From NCBI GenBank assembly GCA_038870635.1, contig JAVZJR010000005.1, positions 1 to 51,733 on the forward strand: a DNA stretch of 51,733 bases. Direction: 5' to 3'. The notes beneath the pieces are model-generated. The model saw nothing but the letters and a program-made list of their open reading frames with translations, had not been told where the DNA came from and did not search any database. The position numbers were made by a program, and so were the translations under genes. The DNA is from Candidatus Bilamarchaeaceae archaeon (GTDB lineage: Archaea > Micrarchaeota > Micrarchaeia > Anstonellales > Bilamarchaeaceae). This document shows, one piece after another, positions 28,399-36,717 of the stretch. Position 1 is the first letter of the stretch, and each line of letters opens with the position of its first letter.

Positions 28399-28949
28399 AT
28401 CAACACCCTCCTTTTTCTACTTATCTCAAAAACAACGAGTAGTATTAAAAGTATACCTATAAAACCAAACAAAGAACGCCATTCAATTTGGCTCTCACTT
28501 GCAGGAGCAGGATGAATTTCCGCATCCGTTGTTTTTAACATCATAGAGTGAGATTCAGTAGGAGCAGAAACTGTTAATCCTTCTTCTGGAGGTAAAAAAT
28601 AATAAGAAAAACCATAAATCATCATGAGGAACCCTATTACTGCAGTCGCCAATAATATAACAACACTTTGAGGGGTTTCGCCACCCACAAGCTTTAATCC
28701 ATCTTTTGTAAGTTTGTAATATTTCCATATGTTTGAAGAAGGAACAGGCTCTACTAATCTACCATCAACTAAGATTTCTATGTGCTCCTTTGCTGAACTT
28801 TTCGATATACCAAGCTTTTCTGCGATTTCAGTTATAGTATGATTTCTCTCCTTAAGCAACTTAAGTATCTTTAATCTTGTTTCTGAAGTTAATGATTTGA
28901 AAGTTTTTTTATCCATAACAATAGCATCACTTACCTTCTCTTCAGCCAT
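28395..28949 (-). CDS. ArsR-type winged-HTH regulator with two C-terminal TM helices
   Basis: FKSLTSETRLKILKLL..TITEIAEKLGISKSSAKEH..L..WKYYKLT, then two hydrophobic helices; start moved to ATG 28949. Confidence 0.85.
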   Translation of the reverse strand: MAEEKVSDAIVMDKKTFKSLTSETRLKILKLLKERNHTITEIAEKLGISKSSAKEHIEILVDGRLVEPVPSSNIWKYYKLTKDGLKLVGGETPQSVVILLATAVIGFLMMIYGFSYYFLPPEEGLTVSAPTESHSMMLKTTDAEIHPAPASESQIEWRSLFGFIGILLILLVVFEISRKRRVLI

Positions 28950-29005
28950 AAATAGGATAAAGACAAATTGATTTATAAATAAAATTAAAGAGTTAGGTTT
29001 TTCCC

Positions 29006-29851
29006 TCACTTTAGGTGCATTCGTTCTATTTTTATTGCCAAACCTTTTTTATGCTCTTTTAAGTTTAATGGTTCAACCCTTAATCTTCCAATACCAACAA
29101 AACTTCCACTTTCCGAGAATATTTTGACAAAATCATCCTTTCTCGCGCCATCTTGCACAGAAACAACTGCCGGCACCATGATCTGGGCTCCATTTTTTAT
29201 GCTTTCTAAAGAGTTTTCTTTAACAACTGCTTTTGGAAGTTCAATGTAATCCGGAGTATTTTTTATTATGTTAACCAAATTTTCTGGCTTTCCTCTTTCG
29301 GCAAGCCAGGCGGCGTCTATAAGGTCTTGAAGAGTGACGGCTTCTTTTTCAGATATATTCCCAACTGCAATCCTTCGTAGCTCATACATTCTCGCACCGC
29401 CTATTTTTTTACCCATATCTTCGCAAAGAGTTCGTATATAAGTACCTGCATCCACTTTAGTTTCAAATAAAACGAGGTTGTCTTTTCTTTCTAAAAATCT
29501 AATGTAGTAAATCATTCTTTTGCGTGGCACCTTTTTGACTGCGCTTACTTTAGGTGGTGTTTGAGTTATAAGGCCTGTAAATTCCTTGAAGATTTTTTTT
29601 AGTTGCTCATCGCTTACTGAACGATTTTTTATTTTCATTATGCAAACATAAGTTTTTGTTTTGCCAGCTAAATAACCAAGCAATTTTGTGTCTCTGCCAA
29701 GAGCGATGGGCATTACACCCGAAACATCTGGGTCTAATGTACCAGCATGACCTGCTCGTTTCAATTTCAGAAGTTTCTTTACAAAAGTTGTTATTTCATG
29801 CGCGACATGGCCGCATGGCTTATCTAATATAATAAGACCTTCATCTATCAT
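29006..29851 (-). CDS. truB: tRNA/H-ACA pseudouridine synthase Cbf5 (TruB family) with PUA domain
   Basis: LDKP, GHAGTLDP, QTPP..SAVK, GTYIRTLC. Confidence 0.95.
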   Translation of the reverse strand: MIDEGLIILDKPCGHVAHEITTFVKKLLKLKRAGHAGTLDPDVSGVMPIALGRDTKLLGYLAGKTKTYVCIMKIKNRSVSDEQLKKIFKEFTGLITQTPPKVSAVKKVPRKRMIYYIRFLERKDNLVLFETKVDAGTYIRTLCEDMGKKIGGARMYELRRIAVGNISEKEAVTLQDLIDAAWLAERGKPENLVNIIKNTPDYIELPKAVVKENSLESIKNGAQIMVPAVVSVQDGARKDDFVKIFSESGSFVGIGRLRVEPLNLKEHKKGLAIKIERMHLK

Positions 29852-29858
29852 AAAAATC

Positions 29859-30380
29859 CTATTTTTCTCTTTTTTTAATAAAATAAAGTACTTGTCTTAA
29901 TAGCTCTTCTGGCGAATTTTTTTCACCATCGAGTTGAAGGTCAAAAATACTATCATCAGTTATATCTATACCATAAACTTTTCTATATCTTTCTATATTC
30001 TGCCTGTCGCGTTCTTCCACATGCTTTCTTGCTTCCTCTAGTGAAATATTATCTCTTTTTGCAACACGCGCCGCTCGCACGTCTAAGGGCACGTTTATCT
30101 TTATCCTTAAATCGGCTTTAACCATCCAGGGCCCTAGCCAAGTAGTTACAACACAATTACCTTTTGTTGCTGCTACTTGCTCTTTTAGAAGTTCGTCAAA
30201 TTTCTTGTCTATGTTATGATCAAGCTCAGCTTTTTTTTGAAATTCCATCAACGAGATTCCTTCTTTTGCGGCGATATCTTTAAAGGTGGGGCTTATTACA
30301 GGATAACCGAGAGACTTTGCAAGCAACTCTCCAAGCGTATTTTTTCCACTACCTGTAAAACCCCAAACAGCGATTATCAT
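29859..30380 (-). CDS. cmk: Cytidylate kinase (archaeal type)
   Basis: P-loop GFTGSGKNT, RAARVAKRD, RYRKVYGID; synteny with DUF106 and cbf5. Confidence 0.9.
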   Translation of the reverse strand: MIIAVWGFTGSGKNTLGELLAKSLGYPVISPTFKDIAAKEGISLMEFQKKAELDHNIDKKFDELLKEQVAATKGNCVVTTWLGPWMVKADLRIKINVPLDVRAARVAKRDNISLEEARKHVEERDRQNIERYRKVYGIDITDDSIFDLQLDGEKNSPEELLRQVLYFIKKREK

Positions 30381-31174
30381 TTTTTAAACCTCCCCATAAC
30401 AAAGGATAAAACAATACCAAAAAACAATGAGAGAAGAATAAACCAAGAGGTTGGGTGATAAAAAGTTTTTAAACTCATAAAAATAAGCGGAATCTCGAAA
30501 GGCAATTCAACTTTAAATGGCGTGCCATTATCTAATACTGCTTTTACTTCTAAACTTTTCTGTTCGGGTGTGGCGGTAATCACTACCGTTTCACCAGGAA
30601 GATAAACTTCCTTATCTGTTTTTACTCCAATAAAGCCGTGTGGCGCCTCTAAATAATGGTCAGAAGTTTTTTCCTGATAGTAAAAAAAAGTAGAATTGCG
30701 TGCAATTTCGTTACCATTTACATAAGCAATAACCGTTACAACCCACTTGCCATAGTTTGAGTTGTTAAGATTAAAACAACCACTAAAAACACCATCATTT
30801 GCTAAGCGGTCGCATTCTTTTCCGTTGTCATTTAGTTGGATAGTTATATCATCCGCAGTGAAAGGATTTACTAAGCCGATAAGCCAAGTAATGGCAATAA
30901 AAATCACCATAATAATTAACATCGGTTTAAGTTGTCCTAACATCATTTTGTTCATTCTTGGAAGAAGCGCGAGCTGTTCCTGCATTATTTTATCAGCTTC
31001 TTTTTTGTCACCTCGTTTTATTGCTTCGTTGTAAGCAGCAGATAATCGTTTTGATTCTTTTTGAACTTCTTCCATTTCCTTTTTATCTATTAAACTGTCC
31101 TGTATCTTTTTTACTACTAGTGAATAAATTAAAGCAACTAAGCTAATCGCCAAAATGTAAGTAGAAAAGTCCAT
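30377..31174 (-). CDS. DUF106/EMC3/TMCO1 (Oxa1-superfamily) membrane insertase with inserted extracytoplasmic domain
   Basis: TM1, coiled coil, Q.KPM + TM2, final WFILLS TM3; upstream of cmk. Confidence 0.82.
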   Translation of the reverse strand: MDFSTYILAISLVALIYSLVVKKIQDSLIDKKEMEEVQKESKRLSAAYNEAIKRGDKKEADKIMQEQLALLPRMNKMMLGQLKPMLIIMVIFIAITWLIGLVNPFTADDITIQLNDNGKECDRLANDGVFSGCFNLNNSNYGKWVVTVIAYVNGNEIARNSTFFYYQEKTSDHYLEAPHGFIGVKTDKEVYLPGETVVITATPEQKSLEVKAVLDNGTPFKVELPFEIPLIFMSLKTFYHPTSWFILLSLFFGIVLSFVMGRFKK

Positions 31175-31227
31175 GATGTTTTTTTAAACAAGCATATTTT
31201 TAAAATAAATGCAATGGATTTAAATAC

Positions 31228-31869
31228 ATGATAAGAGAAAATAAAACACAAAAAGCTTTAATGGATGCCATAACAGAAATTAATAAAAAAATAGAAAATG
31301 GCAAACTTTTGAAAGTGGAAACAATAATAAAAAAGAACCCCTATTTCTCAGAGAAAAACATGCAAAACTTAGGAAAAGTGTTAGAAAAAAACAAAGATAG
31401 AATGGTCCTCACACCTGAGTATAAAATATTTATACCACTACAAAAATTTAATGATGAATTTTATGCAGAAAAAAAACACGAAGAATTAGTAGAAGTTGCA
31501 GCGACTCTTGCAACATTGAATAGCGCAAATGAAAACGACACACCACCAAAACAAAACGAAATAAATTACTTATACAACTTAGCAGAAAAAATAAAAAAAG
31601 AAATAATAGAAAAAAAAGAAAAAATTGGGAGAATTTTAGAATTAACCGTAAATATAAATAAAGTCGCTATCTTGTGGGCTTTAAGAGGTTATTATGTATC
31701 AAATATAGATCAACTTGCGAAAATAATAGAAAAAACAATATCCAATCACTTTTTCTATCAAATATTCAGCAAAACTTATGAGTTAGTTGTAGATGGTAAA
31801 ATAAATGAACTTATAGTAAAAAATGAGAATATAAGATATAAAACAAAACATAACATAAAAAATATATAA
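31228..31869 (+). CDS. Hypothetical protein
   Basis: 213-aa K/N/E-rich ORF; no motif recognised. Confidence 0.6.
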   Translation: MIRENKTQKALMDAITEINKKIENGKLLKVETIIKKNPYFSEKNMQNLGKVLEKNKDRMVLTPEYKIFIPLQKFNDEFYAEKKHEELVEVAATLATLNSANENDTPPKQNEINYLYNLAEKIKKEIIEKKEKIGRILELTVNINKVAILWALRGYYVSNIDQLAKIIEKTISNHFFYQIFSKTYELVVDGKINELIVKNENIRYKTKHNIKNI

Positions 31870-31974
31870 AAACGTCCAATATGCTTTTTGCTTTCCGGTC
31901 CCCAGAATTAAATAAATTTTTAAAATCAATTCATTTAATAAAAAACAAAACGACATGTTATTGTGGTGAAAGAT

Positions 31975-32448
31975 ATGGAAAAAATAATAAACGCAATAGT
32001 TGATGGTGGAAGAGCAACAGCCGGTCCGCCGCTTGGCCCAGCGCTTGGTCCGTTGGGGGTTAATACAGGCCAGGTAATCGCAGAGATAAACAATGCAACA
32101 AAGGCATTTAGCGGAATGAAAGTTCCTGTTAAAGTAATTGTTGACACTGAAACAAAAAAATTTAGAGTGGAGGTTGGGGCACCACCCACAGTTGAACTTC
32201 TGAAAAAGGCAGCAGGAATAGAGAAAGGAGCAAGTAATAGAGAGGCAGCAGCCGGTAATGTGCCATTAAGCGAAATAATTAAAATAGCAAAATCCAAAAC
32301 AAATTCTCTTGGAAAAAACCTTAAGAATACTGTTAAGGAAATATGTGGTTCTTGTTTAAGTTCAGGTATAACAATAGACGGTAAAAATGCAAAGGAGATA
32401 ATAAAAGAAATAGATATGGGTAAACACGATTCGCTTTTTGCGGGTTGA
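31975..32448 (+). CDS. rpl11: 50S ribosomal protein L11 (uL11)
   Basis: GGRATAGPPLGPALGPLG, GMKVPVKV, GSCLSSG; GGTGA RBS before ATG 31975. Confidence 0.96.
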   Translation: MEKIINAIVDGGRATAGPPLGPALGPLGVNTGQVIAEINNATKAFSGMKVPVKVIVDTETKKFRVEVGAPPTVELLKKAAGIEKGASNREAAAGNVPLSEIIKIAKSKTNSLGKNLKNTVKEICGSCLSSGITIDGKNAKEIIKEIDMGKHDSLFAG

Positions 32449-32453
32449 GCGTG

Positions 32454-34088
32454 ATGAAAGCGACAATGCTGTTGATGATATTTCTTTTGTTTTTCTCTCT
32501 TTCTTTTTCCGCTCTTATTTGGCAGATAGATATGCGGGGTGAACCAACTACACAGCCCCTTCAAATAAATGAAAAGTTCATAATTGGCTCAAGCGACGGA
32601 AATGTGTATGCCTTTGACATGATGACTGGAAAACAATTATGGAAAGCTCAAGTTGGAAGAAGTATTGATCTTGCGGAATATGGAAGTAAAATCATAGTAC
32701 TCACTAAAGATGGAGTAGTAATTGCCTTAGACAATACCGGAAAAAGTGTATGGACTATAGACCTTAAAAACATTAACAAAACTATAAATGCCACTTATTT
32801 TTATGGGCTTAATAAAAACTCGAAAAATGTTTTTGTAGTGTCTGACAAATGCGTCTACAAAGTTGGTGAAAACAATGCAGTAGTATTCTACGTAGCAGAT
32901 GAATTGTATGGAAAACCATATGTTGATGAAAACGTAGTACTCCTAACCGCAGGAAAAAAAATAATAAAGTTGGACGCAAACGGTAAAGTACTGTGGAGCA
33001 AAGAATTAAATGTTAAAAGATGGGAATCTGATTTTACTTTAACAAAAAATTTCATTTATTTTGGTGCACTTGATAATAATCTTTACCAAATCTCAAATTT
33101 TGACGGCTCAAAATCATGGACTTATCCAACTGGTGGTTGGATAAGAAGCACACCTTTAGTACGTGGTGGTGCGGTATATTTTGGAAGTAATGATGGATAT
33201 TTCTACAAAGTAAACGAAAATGGCGAACTTGAATGGAAAACAGAAATTGGAACAGCAGTAGCAACCCCCCCAATCAGTGGAACAGTAGGTGAAAAAGAAG
33301 TAGTATTTGCAAGTGGGACTAATGGAAAGCTCTATGCTTTTAGCGTAGATGATGGAGCGGTATTATGGACAAGTAGTTCAAGCGGTGGTATACTAACAAA
33401 ACCAATTTTCTATAAAGATCGTGTAGCAGTAGCATCCATTGACCATTTTATTTATATTTACTCTATGAAAAAAGGTTGCTCTATTGAAAGTCCAAGAGAT
33501 GGAGAAAAAGTAGGTTATAAAGAGGTAACTATTAGCGGAAAATCTTTCTCAACAACAGGACAGCATAAAGTCTTTATAAAAATAAATGATCAAAACTGGA
33601 TTGAAGCACAGTTGAAAGAAAACAATAGATGGGTTTACTATTTAGAGCCGCAACAGGAATTGCAAGAAGGTATAAACATAATAAATTGTAAGGTTGAAGA
33701 TGTTTTAGGTACAGAAGAAGGTGCCTACGCTACGATAACTTTTATTAGGGATTCAACAATTCCATTAGATGATTTTATCGTTTCAATACCAGACGTACCT
33801 GTTGAAAATGCGCCTTTTGATCTATACGTAAATAGTAAATCAGACGGTACTCCAGTTGAAAGATTTGAAATTACAATAAACAACCAAAAATATAACGGTG
33901 ATAAAAAGATAACATTGACGCTAGCCGCAGGAAGCTATGAAGCAAAAATACAGAAAATGGGCTACAACGATAAAAAAGTAACGATTAATGTACAATCCAA
34001 AGGGATAAACCCACTTTACATAGGGGGCGGCTTAATTTTGCTTTTGGCCTTAATATGGTTTGGATATACTAAACTTGTAAAGAAGTAG
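32454..34088 (+). CDS. Surface PQQ-like beta-propeller repeat protein with Ig-like domains and C-terminal TM anchor
   Basis: Signal peptide; repeated GS.DG..YA..G..W motifs; C-terminal TM + KK. Confidence 0.85.
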   Translation: MKATMLLMIFLLFFSLSFSALIWQIDMRGEPTTQPLQINEKFIIGSSDGNVYAFDMMTGKQLWKAQVGRSIDLAEYGSKIIVLTKDGVVIALDNTGKSVWTIDLKNINKTINATYFYGLNKNSKNVFVVSDKCVYKVGENNAVVFYVADELYGKPYVDENVVLLTAGKKIIKLDANGKVLWSKELNVKRWESDFTLTKNFIYFGALDNNLYQISNFDGSKSWTYPTGGWIRSTPLVRGGAVYFGSNDGYFYKVNENGELEWKTEIGTAVATPPISGTVGEKEVVFASGTNGKLYAFSVDDGAVLWTSSSSGGILTKPIFYKDRVAVASIDHFIYIYSMKKGCSIESPRDGEKVGYKEVTISGKSFSTTGQHKVFIKINDQNWIEAQLKENNRWVYYLEPQQELQEGINIINCKVEDVLGTEEGAYATITFIRDSTIPLDDFIVSIPDVPVENAPFDLYVNSKSDGTPVERFEITINNQKYNGDKKITLTLAAGSYEAKIQKMGYNDKKVTINVQSKGINPLYIGGGLILLLALIWFGYTKLVKK

Positions 34089-34095
34089 TGGTAAA

Positions 34096-34773
34096 ATGTT
34101 TAACAAGGAAGAGTTCTTAAAATTCATAGTTGAAAATAGAGTAGTTGGTTTCTTTGAGCAACCCATAAAACTTAAATCTGGCCGGCTCTCTCATTGGTAT
34201 GTTAACTGGCGAACTATAACAGAAGATGTTTTTTTAAGCGATAAACTTACTGATTTTATAATAGATTTTGTCGAAAGTAAAAAAATCCATGTAGATACTT
34301 ATTTTGGCGTGCCAGAAGGAGCAACAAAAATTGGAATTCTATGTCAATATAAGCATGCAAAAAAACAAACAGGTTTTGCAAAAGGAAGCCATGCCCTTGC
34401 AATGGGAAGGGGAAAAGTAAAAGAACATGGCGAGCCAAAGGACAGGTATTTTTTGGGTATACCTAAAGGAAAAACTGTTGTAATAGAGGATGTGACTACG
34501 ACTGGCGGGTCTTTAATAGAAACGGTAGGTAAGCTTAAAGAGGCGAATGTTGACATAGCTTGCGCTATTGGATTAACGAATAGGATGGAAAAAAGAGATG
34601 ATGGAAAAAGTGTTGAAGAAGCACTTAGGGAAATTGGTATTAATTATTATGCTATGAGTGAAGCAACAGAACTTCTTCCGCGTATTGCAAAATCTTTAAA
34701 GATAAGCGAAGAAACCAAAAAAAACGTAATAGAGTATTTTAAAAAATACGGAACAAAGGAGGTAATCTTTTGA
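34096..34773 (+). CDS. pyrE: Orotate phosphoribosyltransferase
   Basis: LKSGRLS..YVN, KEHG, VIEDVTTTGGS. Confidence 0.92.
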   Translation: MFNKEEFLKFIVENRVVGFFEQPIKLKSGRLSHWYVNWRTITEDVFLSDKLTDFIIDFVESKKIHVDTYFGVPEGATKIGILCQYKHAKKQTGFAKGSHALAMGRGKVKEHGEPKDRYFLGIPKGKTVVIEDVTTTGGSLIETVGKLKEANVDIACAIGLTNRMEKRDDGKSVEEALREIGINYYAMSEATELLPRIAKSLKISEETKKNVIEYFKKYGTKEVIF

Positions 34774-35465
34774 TAATAAAGAGAGATAAAAGTATAATGA
34801 TTGCTTGTGATGTTGATATAAAGAAATTCGAAGATATAGTAAAAGAAACAGCAAATATTGAAGAAGTAAGTTCTTATAAAATAGGATTCTATTTGGGATT
34901 AAAATATGGCTTGCCAAAGGTTGTTAAAATAGCAAGAGAATACACCTCCAAACCACTGGTATACGACCATCAAAAAGCTGCTACTGATATACCAGAAACT
35001 GGCTCGCTTTTCGCCGAAGCATGTGCATCAGCTGGAATAGATGCAGTTATCCTATTTCCACAAGCAGGGCCAGAAACGGAGAAGGCTTGGATAGATTACT
35101 GTAAGGCGCAAGGGTTAGGGGTTATCGTTGGCGGCTTGATGACACATAAAGCATACAGAAAAAGCGAAGGTGGATTCTTAGACGATCAAAAGATATATGA
35201 TATCTACACAATCGCAGCAAAAAATGGGATAAACGATTTTGTCGTACCTGGAAACAAACCTGATGAAATAAAAAAAATAAAATCATTGGTTGAAAGCGCT
35301 GGGGCAAAACCAGTGTTTTATGCTCCTGGATTTATCGCTCAAGGAGGAGAAATAACAGAAGCTGCAAAAGCAGCTGGCGAACGATGGCATGCGATAGTAG
35401 GTAGAGCGGTGTACTCGTCTCAAGATATAAAGAAAACAATAAGCGAACTTACAAAAATGCTTTAG
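34770..35465 (+). CDS. pyrF: Orotidine-5'-phosphate decarboxylase
   Basis: IACD, YKIG, D.QK..DIP.T, PG..QGG, IVGRAVY. Confidence 0.9.
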   Translation: MIIKRDKSIMIACDVDIKKFEDIVKETANIEEVSSYKIGFYLGLKYGLPKVVKIAREYTSKPLVYDHQKAATDIPETGSLFAEACASAGIDAVILFPQAGPETEKAWIDYCKAQGLGVIVGGLMTHKAYRKSEGGFLDDQKIYDIYTIAAKNGINDFVVPGNKPDEIKKIKSLVESAGAKPVFYAPGFIAQGGEITEAAKAAGERWHAIVGRAVYSSQDIKKTISELTKML

Positions 35466-36382
35466 CCTTCTCTTTTTTGTAAATATTCGTAAGCGCTATG
35501 CGCTGCTATTACACCTTCTGCTGCAGCAGTTATTGCCTGCTTAAAAGGAAGGTTGGTTATATCACCAGCGGCAAAAACTCCATTTACATTAGTCTTTCCT
35601 TCTTTATCAGTTATTATCTCACCATTTTCGTTAAAATTTACCCCCAATTGTTTTGCTAATCCGTTGTTTGGAACCCGACCTATTTCTACAAATACTCCAT
35701 CCAAAGAAAGCCGCGCGTTTCCATTAAAAGGACGATCCAAAACTACTTCATTAACACCATTCTCGTTGCCTCTTATCTCTATTATATTTGTGTTTGTTAT
35801 AACTTCTATTTTATTATTTTCTTTTAACTTATCAAGATTAGCAGGCTCTGCTCTTAGTTTATCTCTTCTATATATTATGTAAACTTTTTTTGCCCATTGT
35901 GTAAGAAGAAGCGCCTCTTTTACTGCAGAATCACTCCCACCCACCACTGCGACAACTTTATCAGTATAAAAAAAACCATCGCAAAGAGCACAGTAATGAA
36001 CACCACGATTTTGAAATTCTGCCTCTCCTTTAACACCAAGCTTTCGCACGTCAGTGCCAGTGGCGATTATTAAAGACTTTCCTTCATAGGTTTCACCGCT
36101 TACTGTTAAAACGACAAAATGTCCATCATCTTTTCGCTTTATTTCTTTTGCAAAACTATCCTTAATAGCAACATTATACTCTTTCGCGTGTTCTTCTAAT
36201 TGTCGTGCAAGCTCAAAACCGCTTATTGTTTTAATACCTGGCCAATTAGTTATTTCGTTTGTATTAACAACAGTGCCGCCCCTTAAACCAGCTAAAACAA
36301 CAGTATTAAGTTTTAATCTGCCGGCATACATCGCCGCTGAAAGAGCAGCTGGCCCTCCACCTATAATTAAAACATCGTACAT
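35462..36382 (-). CDS. trxB: Thioredoxin-disulfide reductase
   Basis: GGGPAA, ATG, GVHYCALCDG, GGSDSA, FAAGD, QAITAA. Confidence 0.93.
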   Translation of the reverse strand: MYDVLIIGGGPAALSAAMYAGRLKLNTVVLAGLRGGTVVNTNEITNWPGIKTISGFELARQLEEHAKEYNVAIKDSFAKEIKRKDDGHFVVLTVSGETYEGKSLIIATGTDVRKLGVKGEAEFQNRGVHYCALCDGFFYTDKVVAVVGGSDSAVKEALLLTQWAKKVYIIYRRDKLRAEPANLDKLKENNKIEVITNTNIIEIRGNENGVNEVVLDRPFNGNARLSLDGVFVEIGRVPNNGLAKQLGVNFNENGEIITDKEGKTNVNGVFAAGDITNLPFKQAITAAAEGVIAAHSAYEYLQKREG

Positions 36383-36420
36383 AAAAGATTAATTAAAGTA
36401 AAAAGATTAAAAATAGAAGG

Positions 36421-36651
36421 CTAAACGCATTCGCAAATTCCAGAAACACATCTACCAACTTTACCGCCCGAACAACTGCAATCACTATCAGTATCACAAA
36501 TTTTTGCTTTCTCCATTATTGAAGTTGAAGTTGAATTTATCTGTTGGGCAGCGTTTTTAGCCTGATTCAAGAGCTGCGTTGCTGCAATCGCTACTATCGC
36601 AATTATAACCACTATCAAAATCAACATTTCTGCAGAAAGTTGCCCCTTCAT
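36421..36651 (-). CDS. Class III signal peptide (pilin-like) protein with Cys-rich tail
   Basis: MKG/QLSAEMLILIVVII prepilin motif; GGAGG RBS; six Cys in last 26 residues. Confidence 0.85.
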   Translation of the reverse strand: MKGQLSAEMLILIVVIIAIVAIAATQLLNQAKNAAQQINSTSTSIMEKAKICDTDSDCSCSGGKVGRCVSGICECV

Positions 36652-36717
36652 GTTTACATCCTCCTAAAGTGATTAAACAATAAACCTTTAAAAGAATTAT
36701 TTAATAGAGTAAAGGCA

